A stretch of 64,000 bases of DNA from an uncultured beta proteobacterium (lineage in GTDB: Bacteria; Pseudomonadota; Gammaproteobacteria; Burkholderiales; Casimicrobiaceae). The notes under the pieces are model-generated. The model searched no databases and was not told the DNA's origin. It saw only the letters and a program-made list of their open reading frames with translations. Positions 55,527-64,000 of this stretch are shown piece by piece. Numbering within the stretch: the first letter of the stretch is position 1; each line of letters opens with the position of its first letter. Made by a program: the position numbers and the translations under genes. Location of the stretch: contig CAVTHT010000007.1 in the NCBI GenBank assembly GCA_963734575.1, positions 288,549-352,548 on the forward strand. Reading direction: 5' to 3'.

Positions 55527-56702
55527 ATGCTGGTCGACTTCTTCCTGCATCTCAAGTCCGCGCGCCTGCCGGTCTCCACGCGCGAATTCCTAACTCTGCT
55601 CGAGGCGCTGGACGAGCGGGTGGTGTCACTCTCGCTCGACGACTTCTACGTGCTCGCGCGCACGTGCCTCGTGAAGGACGAGGCGCATTTCGACCGCTTC
55701 GATCTCGCGTTCGGCTCGTACTTCAAGGGCATCAACGCGATCTTCGACATTCGCGCCGAGATCCCGGACGCGTGGCTGCGCAAGGAGTTCGAGCGCCATC
55801 TCAGCGCCGAGGACAAGGCGAGGATCGAGGCGCTCGGGGGTCTCGACAAGCTCATGGAGACGTTCAAGCAGCGCCTCGCCGAGCAGAAGGAGCGCCATGC
55901 CGGCGGCTCCAAGTGGATCGGCACGGGTGGGACGAGTCCCTTCGGCGCGTACGGCTACAACCCGGAGGGCATCCGCATCGGCCAGGTGGGCAGCGGCAAC
56001 CGCAGCGCGGTCAAGGTGTGGGACGAGCGCAGCTTCCGCAATCTCGACGGCGAGGTCGAGCTCAACACGCGCAACCTCAAGATCGCGCTGCGCAAGCTGC
56101 GGCGCTTCGCGCGCGAGGGCGTGCCCGAGGAGCTCGATCTCGAGGGCACGATCGAAGGCACCGCGAAGAACGCGGGGTGGCTCGATCTCCACCTCATGCC
56201 CGAGCGGCGCAACCGCATCAAGGTGCTGCTCTTCCTCGACGTCGGCGGCTCGATGGATCCGCACGTGCGTGCCTGCGAGGAGCTCTTCTCGGCGGCGAAG
56301 AGCGAGTTCCGGCACCTCGAGTACTTCTACTTCCACAACTGCGTCTACGACCACGTGTGGCGCGACAACGGCCGGCGCCGCAACGAGCGGAGGTCGACCC
56401 TGGAGATCCTGCGCACCTACGGCCCGGACTGGAAGCTCATCTTCGTCGGTGACGCCGCGATGAGCCCGTACGAGCTCATGGAGGTCGGCGGCAGCGTCGA
56501 GTACAGCAACGACGAGCCCGGGGTCGTGTGGCTCACGCGCCTCGTCGAGCATTTCCGGCGCGCCATCTGGTGGAATCCCGAGCCGCCACGCGCGTGGGAG
56601 TACACGCGCTCGACCCAGATCATCCAGCAGGTGCTGGGACCGCGCATGTTCCCGCTGACCCTCGACGGGGTGGGGCAGGGCATCGACGCCCTGCGACACT
56701 GA
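55527..56702 (+). CDS. VWA-domain protein, CoxE-like; partner of the MoxR ATPase
   Basis: MLVDFFLHLKSARLPVSTREFLTLLEAL...VLLFLDVGGSMDPH (MIDAS DxSxS)... Confidence 0.8.
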   Translation: MLVDFFLHLKSARLPVSTREFLTLLEALDERVVSLSLDDFYVLARTCLVKDEAHFDRFDLAFGSYFKGINAIFDIRAEIPDAWLRKEFERHLSAEDKARIEALGGLDKLMETFKQRLAEQKERHAGGSKWIGTGGTSPFGAYGYNPEGIRIGQVGSGNRSAVKVWDERSFRNLDGEVELNTRNLKIALRKLRRFAREGVPEELDLEGTIEGTAKNAGWLDLHLMPERRNRIKVLLFLDVGGSMDPHVRACEELFSAAKSEFRHLEYFYFHNCVYDHVWRDNGRRRNERRSTLEILRTYGPDWKLIFVGDAAMSPYELMEVGGSVEYSNDEPGVVWLTRLVEHFRRAIWWNPEPPRAWEYTRSTQIIQQVLGPRMFPLTLDGVGQGIDALRH

Positions 56703-56703
56703 G

Positions 56704-57576
56704 GTGACGCCGGCGCCGGAGCTCCAGGCGGCCGTGCTGGCGGCCCTCGGGGCGGGCGGCGCACCGGCGAGCTGGCGGGTCGCTGCGAACAGCAGCTTCA
56801 ACGCCACTTGGCGCCTCGACTGCGGCGCCGGAAGCTTCTTCGTGAAGTGCGGCCCGCCGGAGCGGCACGCCATGCTCGATGGCGAAGCGGCGGGACTTGC
56901 CGCGCTGGCAGCCACGCGTGCGGTGCGCGTGCCGGCGGTGGCCGCGCTCGGTGGCACGGAGCGCCACGCGTTCCTCGCGCTGGAGTGGCTGAATCTGGTC
57001 CGCGGTGGGTGCGACGCCGCGCTCGGCCGGGCGCTGGCTGCGCTGCATCGCTGCACGTCCGAGCGCTTCGGCTGGACGCGCGACAACACGATCGGCAGCA
57101 CGCCGCAGGAGAACGCGTGGTCGGCAACGTGGATGGAGTTCTTCCGCGATCGCCGTCTTGCACCGCAGTTCCGGCGCGCGCGGGACCGCGGCGTCCGCGA
57201 GCTTACCGACGCGGGTGAGCGCTTGCTCGCGCGGGTGCCCGCACTGCTCGCCGGGCATCAACCCCGACCGTCGCTGTTGCACGGCGACCTGTGGTCCGGC
57301 AATGCCGGGCGGCTGCAGGACGGCACCCCCGTGGTGTTCGACCCCGCGGTGTATTTCGGCGATCGCGAAGCCGATCTCGCCATGACCGAGCTCTTCGGCG
57401 GCTTCGGGCCCGACTTCCATGCGGCGTATCGGGAAGCCTGGCCGCTCGACCCGGGCTACGCCACGCGGCGCACGCTCTACAACCTCTACCACGTGCTCAA
57501 CCACTGCAACCTCTTCGGCGGCGGCTACGCGCAACAGGCGCTCGCCATGATCGCCGAGCTGCGCGCGGCCGCGTGA
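56704..57576 (+). CDS. fructosamine/ketosamine-3-kinase family protein
   Basis: SFFVKCGPPERHAMLDGEAAGLAALA...LLHGDLWSGNAG...FDPAVYFGDREADLAMTELFGGF. GTG start 2 nt after the VWA stop. Confidence 0.8.
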   Translation: MTPAPELQAAVLAALGAGGAPASWRVAANSSFNATWRLDCGAGSFFVKCGPPERHAMLDGEAAGLAALAATRAVRVPAVAALGGTERHAFLALEWLNLVRGGCDAALGRALAALHRCTSERFGWTRDNTIGSTPQENAWSATWMEFFRDRRLAPQFRRARDRGVRELTDAGERLLARVPALLAGHQPRPSLLHGDLWSGNAGRLQDGTPVVFDPAVYFGDREADLAMTELFGGFGPDFHAAYREAWPLDPGYATRRTLYNLYHVLNHCNLFGGGYAQQALAMIAELRAAA

Positions 57577-57760
57577 CGGCGCCGCCGGCCCTTCTTCCCG
57601 CGAGGAACCAGCATGGCCGGCGTGATTCACGCGCGGTTCGCTGCATCCAGTCTTGCCTGCGCTACGTACATCGGACACGGCCAGGCGTCGCCAATCGCCG
57701 CCCGGCCGCCGGCGCCAGAACATGGCGTCGCCCGCGAACGTTCGGAGAGGAGATCCAATC

Positions 57761-59294
57761 ATGTCCGCTGCTGCCACCCTGCCCGCCTTCCGGCGCGCGC
57801 TCGCCCCGTTGCTACTCGCGAGCGCCATCGCCGCGGCGTGGGCCCCGCCCACGCACGCCTCGAGCCATCGCGAGGCGCCCTTCATCGCCGGCCTGCCCAA
57901 GGTCGACGCGAGCGACTTCTACATGTTCCGCAGCTACGAGCCGGGCCGCGAGGACTACGTGGTCCTGGTCGCCAACTACATCCCGCTGCAGGATGCCTAC
58001 GGCGGTCCCAACTTCTTCAAGCTGGACGCGAATGCGCTGTACGAGATCCACGTCGTCAACGACGGCGGCGCGCGCGAGAACCTCACGTTCCAGTTCCGGT
58101 TCCAGAACGTGAACGACGACAACCAGCTCACGGTCGGCGGCAAGCAGGTCTCGATCCCGCTGGTGCAGAACGGCGTCAAGGACGTGAACCAGCCCAACGA
58201 CCCGGCGCTCAACGTGCACGAGACGTACACCGTCGACGTCGTCCGCGGCCCGCGCCGTACCGGCAACCGCGCAGCCGGTGACGAACCTCAACACCGGCGG
58301 CACGAGCTTCGACAAGCCGGTCGACAACATCGGCATGAAGACCATCTCGGACTACGTCCGCTACGGCAATCGCCACGTGTGGGATGTCGCGATTCCCGGA
58401 TGCACCGGCGGCGGCCGGGTGTTCGTCGGCCAGCGCAAGGATCCGTTCGTCGTGAACCTCGGCGAGACCTTCGACCTCGTCAACATCAAGTATCCCGCCG
58501 TCGAGCTCAACCCGGCGGCCGAATTCGCGACGGTCGACACGCTGTCCGACAAGAACGTCACCTCGATCATCACTGGAGGTGCCGATCGCGTGCCTCACCG
58601 AAGGCAAGGGCACGGTCATCGGCGCGTGGACGACGCGCGAGCCTTCCCGCAAGCCAGGTGCTCGCGGCGACGGGCGGCAGCGGCCTCGATCCGACGACGC
58701 AAAGCGGCGAGTACGTGCAGGTCTCGCGCCTCGGCATGCCGCTGGTGAACGAGGTCGTCATCGGGCTCAAGGACAAGAACCGCTTCAACGCGAGCGAGCC
58801 CAAGGACGACGCGCAGTTCGCCGACTACGTGACCAACCCGACGCTGCCGGCGCTGATCGAGATCCTGTTCGGCAAGGCCGGCGTGAAAGCGCCGACCAAC
58901 TTCCCGCGCACCGACCTCGTGGCGGCCTTCCTCACCGGCGTGCCGGGCCTCAACCAGCCCGCGAGCGTCACGGCCTCCGAGATGCTGCGTCTCAACACGG
59001 CCATCGCACCGACGCCCGAAGGGCTCGCAGAAGCGCCTCGGCGTGCTCGCCGGCGACAACGCGGGATTCCCGAACGGGCGCCGGCCCGGTGACGACGTCG
59101 TCGACATCGAGCTGCGCGTGGCGATGGGCGTGCTGTGCACGCTGTCGCTCGGCGGCTGCACGCCGGCCGATGCGCCGGCTGGGACGCTGCACTACACGGA
59201 CGGCGCCTACATCACGGACGCGTACTTCTCGGCGGACTTTCCGTTCCTGCGCGCGCCGCATCCCGGGATCGCCGAACGCCGGACAACCCGTTGA
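57761..59294 (+). CDS. secreted DUF4331-family protein; several frame switches
   Basis: RBS ggagaggag then ATG. Signal peptide, then SSHREAPFIAGLPKVDASDFYMFRSY...HVVNDGG, ...LGMPLVNEVVIGLKDKNRFN..., and C-terminal GDNAGFPNGRRPGDDVVDIELRV across frames. Confidence 0.65.
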
Positions 59295-59379
59295 AGGCGA
59301 AGCAGCGCTGACGTAGCGCGAGCGGTGCCGCGCCTCCCGGTGCGGCACCGTCCTTCCTGCATCCGCACGCGAGGTCGCG

Positions 59380-60580
59380 ATGCTCCGTTACCGCTCGTTC
59401 CCCAGGGCTGCACGCCTTGCCGTCGCAGCCCTGCTCTTCTCTCCGTCGTCGCGACCGTAGCGGCGGCGCCGTACACGCCGGCGTCCGACGACGTGGTGCT
59501 GGAGCGCCTGCCCGAGAAGCTCGATCCGTCGCTCGCGGAACTGAAGCGCCTGCGCACGGCGCTCGTGCGGCGACCAGACGACACCACTCTCGCCGCACGC
59601 CTCGCGCGGCGCGCGATAGAGGCATCGCGCGAGACCGGTGATCCGCGCTTCCTCGGCCAGGCGCAGGCGGCACTGGCGCCATGGTGGAACGCGCCGGACG
59701 CGCCGGTGGACATCGTGGTGCTGCGCGCGACGATCCGCCAGAGCCTGCACGACTTCCCCGCAGCGCTCGCGCGATCTCGATCGCGTGCTGGCGATCGCAC
59801 CCGCGCACGGCGCAGGCGCGGCTCACCCGCGCCACCGATGCTCACCGTGGTCGGCCGCTACGACGAGGCGACGCGCGACTGCGACGCGCTCGCGCGCCTC
59901 GCCGTCGAGCTCGTGACTCGCGCGTGCCGTGCGGCACCCGCCAGCCTCGACGGACGCGCGGCGGAAGCGTACGCAAGCCTGGCGAGCGCCCTGCAGCGCA
60001 CCCGGCGCGACCACGCCGGAGCTGGCCGCGTGGGGCCATACCCTCGCCGCGGAGATCGCCGCACGCCGCGGCGACGCGACCGCCGCGGAGGCGCACTTCC
60101 GGCAGGCACTCGCCGCCGATCCGCGCGATGCCTACCTGCGCGGCGCGTACGCCGATTTCCTGCTCGATCGCGGCCGGCCGCGCGAAGCCGCTGCACTCGT
60201 CGCGGGCGAGCTGCGCAACGACGGTCTCCTGCTGCGCCTCGCCCTCGCGGAAACGCGCTTCACCGATGCGACAGCGGAGAGCGGCGCGCTGCCGCCGACA
60301 TCGCGAGGACCTCGCTGCCCGCTTCGATGCGTCGCGGCGCGCGGCGATATCGTGCACCGGCGCGAGGAGGCGCGCTATGCGCTGCTGCTCGAAGGCGATG
60401 CCGCCGCGCGCTCTGGCGCTGGCCCGCGCCAACTGGGCGGTGCAGCGCGGAGCCGGCGGACCTGCGCATCCTCGTCGAGGCCGCACGCGCGCGACGAACG
60501 AGCGACGCGCCTCGACGTCGTGCGCCGCTGGCGGCACGACGCACCGACTGCGACGACGTCGCGGTGGTCGCCGCACTGGG
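59380..60580 (+). CDS. TPR-repeat protein with signal peptide; frame switches, 3' end not resolved
   Basis: MLRYRSFPRAARLAVAALLFS..., then TPR-like repeats (GDPRFLGQAQAALAPWWNAPD..., AEAHFRQALAADPRDAYLRGAYADFLLDRGRPREAAALV). Confidence 0.5.
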
Positions 60581-60591
60581 AGAGCGCGCGC

Positions 60592-61754
60592 ATGAAGCGC
60601 ATCGATGCGCTGCTCGCCGTGCTCGCTGCTGGCGTGCCACGTTCGCGACCGGCGGCGCTCGCGCACAAGCCGAGCGACAGCTATCTCACGCTGAAGCGCG
60701 ACGGCGCGGCGTGCAGGGCCGCTGGGACATCGCGCTGCGCGACCTCGACGCCGCGCATCGGCCTCGACGCCAACGGCGACGGCGAGATCACCTGGGGCGA
60801 GCTGCGCGCGCGCGCGCGCGGCGATCGCCGCGTACGCCCTGTCGCGCCTGGCGCTGCGCTCCGGCGGCGAGCCGTGCGCGCTGCCACGTCGCGCAGCTGC
60901 GTGGATCACCACACCGACGGCGCCTACGCGGTGCTCGAGCTCGTCGGCGACTGCCCGCAGCGGCCCGCACGCTCGACAGTCGAGCTATCGGCCTGCTGTT
61001 CGACATCGACCCGCAGCATCGCGGACTGCTGCAGTTCGTGGAGCGCGGGCGGCACGCACCAGCGTGGTCTTCGCCGGCGGACCGCGCCGCGACAGGTCGT
61101 CGGCGGCGAGCCGGCGGCGCGCTGCGCAGTTCCGCCACCTACGTGCGCGAAGGCGTGTGGCACATCTGGCTCGGCGTTCGACCACATCCTGTTCCTGCTG
61201 TCGCTGCTGCTGCCCGCGGTGCTCGTGCGCCGCGACGCGGCGCTGGCAGCCGGCGGCGTCGTTCCGTGCCGCGTTCGTCGACGTGCGAAGGTCGTCACCG
61301 CGTTCACGCTCGCGCACTCGATCACGCTGTCGCTCGCGGCGCTCGGCGTCGTTGCGCTGCCGTCGCGCTGGGTGGAGTCGGCGATCGCGCTCTCGGTGGT
61401 GCTCGCCGCGCTCAACAACCTGCTTCCCGCTCGTGCGCCAAGCGACGCTGGATCGCCGCATTCGCGTTCGGCCTCGTGCACGGCTTCGGCTTCGCGGGCG
61501 CGCTGCGCGGATCTCGGCCTGCCGTCGGGCTCGCTCGCGCTTTCGCTCGCCGGCTTCAACCTCGGCGTCGAGCTCGGCCAGCTCGCGATCGTCGCGGCGT
61601 TCCTGCCGCTCGGCGTTCGCGTTGCGCGCGACGTCGCGCCTACCGCCGCGTCGCGCTTGCCGGCGGCTCCGCGGTCATCGCCGCGGTCGCGGCGGTGTGG
61701 CTCGTCGAGCGCGCGTTCGACGTGCCGGTGTTCGCCGCGTTCGCCGCGTCCTGA
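60592..61754 (+). CDS. HupE/UreJ_2-family putative metal (Ni/Co) transporter with an N-terminal periplasmic domain; frame switches
   Basis: RBS gggagag then ATG. MKRIDALLAVLAAG...AHKPSDSYLTLK..., then TM core HILFLLSLLLPAVLV, KVVTAFTLAHSITLSLAALGVVALP, FAFGLVHGFGFAGAL, and LSLAGFNLGVELGQLAIVAAFLPL. Confidence 0.65.
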
Positions 61755-61758
61755 GCGC

Positions 61759-62279
61759 TACAGGAGCGGTGCCCGCGCTCGGATCGGCGGGAAGCTCCTC
61801 CGGCACGTCCTGCCAGGGCATGACGTGGATCCCGCTCGCGAGCAGCGATACGCCGACGGGCTCACCCTTGGCGAGCCGGTTGCGCATCGCGACGTGCATC
61901 GTGAGCGTCGTGTGCAATGCCATGTCGGGGCGGCCGTTCACGTGGATGCTCAGGTTGGCCTGCGCGCCCAGCGGGATGAATTCGGCGATGACGCCCTGCA
62001 CCGGGTTCTCGTGCTCGCCGCGCGAGGGCCGGTCGCGCCGATGCAGGATCACCGCGTCGGCGGGAATCGTCCACGCCACCTGCGTTCCGGGCTCGAAGCC
62101 CGCGCGTGCCGCGCCTCGAGCTGCACGCCCTGCCAGTCGAGCACCGTCATCGTGTCGCCCGCGGGCTGCGCGGCGACGCGCGCGCTGAACACGTTCTTGA
62201 TGTCGACGAGACGCGCGACGAGCACGTTCGCCGGGGCGAGTCGTGCAGGCACGGTCCTTGCGCGCCTTGCCCGCCTCAT
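61759..62279 (-). CDS. tandem TOBE (Mop-like, molybdate/oxyanion-binding OB-fold) module. It is either a separate ~140-aa di-Mop protein or the C-terminal extension of the upstream MVP-like ORF. One 1-nt indel lies between the two TOBE domains.
   Basis: TOBE-1: ANVLVARLVDIKNVFSARVAAQPAGDTMTVLDWQGVQLEA...GFEPGTQVAWTIPADAVILH (compare ModC NVLPGTL...LRLGDQTLWV...LPPGSRLRVRIAARDVSLA). TOBE-2: NPVQGVIAEFIPLGAQANLSIHVNGRPDMALHTTLTMHVAMRNRLAKGEPVGVSLLASGIHV (compare ModE SARNQLPGII...). Confidence 0.5.
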
Positions 62280-63820
62280 CCACGCCGAAGATGGCGCGGC
62301 GGATGAGCACGCTGGCGTTCTTGTGGAACGTCTCGAAGTCGTTCTCCGCCGCCACCTGGCGGATGCGCGAGGCGAGGTTCTCGCACACGTACCCGATGAA
62401 GTCGTTCACCCGGAAGATGGCCTTGTCCTTCTCCGAGTCCCCCTCCACGTCGAACTGCCACTTGTACGAGAGCTTGATGCGCAGCCGGGCGTGATCCCGC
62501 GTGGCCACCTCGAACAGATCCGTGGCGAAGTCCGGCCCCAGGCGCAGCATGAGCACCTTGAGCTGCCTCGGCCGCTTGGGCGTGCTGCCGGACAGGTCCA
62601 GCACCGTCACGTCCTCGTACGGGCGCAGCATCACCTTCGCCGGGCCGAACTCGACTCGCGCGTGGTTGGTCTCGAAGTCGTTGATCAGCACCGCCGTGTT
62701 GTCCTCGATGCGCAGCACGATGGCTCGCGTGCGGTCGATCCGCTCCGGAGACGGCGCGGCCGAGCGCGGCGCCTTGGGGTCCTTGCCATCCACGGCGGCC
62801 AGCTGCGGCGCGGGAGGAGGCGGCGCCAGCCCCAGCAGCGCCTCGGCCTCCGCGGAGAGCCGCTTCTCGTGCAGCTCCTGGTGGGCCTCGGGCATGAACT
62901 GGCACGGGCCCTGGACCAGCGACACCTTGCCGGAGCGCAGATCCCTCACGTAGAGGCCCTCGCCCTGCCCCAGCGACAGCGCGACGATCTCCTTGTGGAT
63001 CAGCACCCGCTCGTTGGGCACGTACGTCCGAGGCCCGCGCACGATCCACGTATCACCCGCCTTGCGCGCCCGCGACTCGCCGCCCTCGTCCGGCTCGGAG
63101 AAGTCATCGAGCGCCTGGAGCTTCAGCCCCTGCATCTCGGAGAGCACGTGCTTGCGGCGGACGTCGCCCTCGAGCGCCTCGCCCGGCTCGAGGAAGAAGA
63201 CGTCCGGCCCGGAGATGATCTTGCGGCGGCCCTCCTGGATCTTCCCGGTGGTGCGGTCCACGGGGTTGAGCACCACGCAGTACTCGGTCTCCTTGAGCAT
63301 GCGAGCCTTCTCGGCGGAGACGACGACCACCGCGGCATTGGGCACGTAGCGGCCGGGGCCACGGACCAGCCACTCGTCACCGGCCTCGCGGCGACGCGGC
63401 CCGCCGGGGGCCCGCTCGTCCATGAAGGCGTTGAGCGCCTGCAGCCGCAGCGCGTCGTAGACTCCGAGCACGTGCTCGGGGGTGATCTCTCCCTCCATCT
63501 CTTCGCCGGGGTACAGCGGGAAGACCTGGGGACCGACGCGCACCTCGCGATCTCCCACCGCGATGCGCGCCTGGCCGAACTCGTCCAGCGCGACCTTGCC
63601 GCCCTCGCGCACCACGGGGTTGCGCACCACGCACCAGTTGCCGGTGCCCAGCTCGATCATCCGGCTCTTGGTGACGAGCGTGAGGTGGGCCTCCAGGGTG
63701 AGGACCTTGGGGCCGATCTCCACCAGCACGACGCCGCGGTTCGCGTCCTCGATGTAGGCGTACTCGCGGTTCTTCAGGGAGATGCGCTGGATGGCTTCGG
63801 TTGGAGTTCGGGATCGCCAT
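62280..63820 (-). CDS. major vault protein (MVP) homolog: N-terminal MVP/vault repeats plus MVP shoulder (SPFH-like) domain. One frame switch at codon ~8. There is no in-frame stop before the TOBE module.
   Basis: RBS GAGGAGG-N5-ATG at 63820. Segment-by-segment matches to human MVP: FPLYPGEEMEGEITP vs FPLYPGEVLEKDITP; AGDEWLVRGPGRYVPN vs AGDEWLFEGPGTYIPR; YCVVLNPVD...FFLEPGEALEG...VLSEMQGLKLQAL vs YCVILDPVG...FFLQPGEQLEQ...VLSEQQGLLLRAL; GDTWIVRGPRTYVPN vs GDHWLIRGPLEYVPS; EGLYVRDLRSGKV vs EGIYVQDVKTGKV; TPKRPRQLKVLMLRLGPDFATDLFEVATRDHARLRIKLSYKWQFDV vs [85 protein letters not shown] vs [39 protein letters not shown]. Confidence 0.8.
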
Positions 63821-64000
63821 GAGTTCCTCCTCGGGTTCGCGGCAAGGGACTGCCAGCCGCGTGCCGCCCAGAGCCCAGAGCGGCGCCCGTTTTCCAGCAC
63901 CAAAATGGCACGCCTCCGCTCCAATCCGGCCCCGAGGCCGTGGTAGCTTCCGGCGCATGCCCGACGTCAGCTCGCGAAAGTTCGTGCAGATCTTCCAGCT

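Noticed and set aside
62280-63820. MVP-like gene as eukaryotic contamination or chimeric contig
   Set aside because: Its GC content, GC3 codon bias and Shine-Dalgarno sequence match the flanking bacterial genes. It is physically continuous with the HupE and TOBE genes. Read-level verification is still recommended.
59929-63822. 1297-aa plus-strand ORF spanning TPR, HupE and the antisense of the MVP gene
   Set aside because: Only the 59.9-61.75 kb portion corresponds to real genes (TPR, HupE). The remainder is the antisense of the MVP/TOBE coding strand, which is kept open by GC bias.
63836-63856. sigma54-like TGGCAG-N4-TTGC motif upstream of the MVP gene
   Set aside because: The spacing is one nucleotide short of consensus. 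The element would place the transcription start inside the RBS, so it is not credible as the promoter.

Overview
This 64 kb window is a high-GC (~68-70%) proteobacterial chromosomal segment whose gene content and synteny look betaproteobacterial. Most of it is housekeeping. Reading left to right, the genes are:
- accC (3' end) and prmA
- the glnA-ntrB-ntrC nitrogen-regulation locus, with NtrC sites and a sigma54 promoter upstream of glnA
- oligopeptidase A
- murU/amgK, divergent from lptD-surA
- an rRNA-methyltransferase-like gene
- an ABC-2 transporter
- a potABCD polyamine transporter
- the ubiE-Tim44-ubiJ...ubiB ubiquinone cluster
- pilT-pilU and yggS-proC-yggT-yggU
- rsmA-pdxA fused to a sugar-catabolic block (GH31 alpha-glucosidase, SMP-30 lactonase, aldose epimerase)
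- azlCD
- a MoxR-GNAT-VWA-fructosamine kinase operon
- a DUF4331/TPR/HupE-UreJ cluster.

I found no rRNA, tRNA, CRISPR, transposase or integrase.

The most unusual content sits at the right edge (61.7-63.8 kb). It is a clear homolog of the eukaryotic major vault protein (MVP repeats plus a shoulder domain), with a bacterial RBS and the host's GC content. It runs directly into a tandem TOBE/Mop (molybdate-binding-type) module.

Two further items are worth a look. A pair of tandem paralogous ~830-aa membrane-anchored proteins of unrecognised family sits convergent to surA (16.8-21.8 kb). The ubi operon is interrupted by two unknown ORFs plus hairpin repeats.

Many otherwise conserved genes show frame switches over short distances (prmA, glnA, prlC, lptD, potABD, ubiB, proC, rsmA, GH31 and others). 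This looks more like indel sequencing or assembly error than pseudogenisation, so the CDS boundaries given for those genes are approximate.
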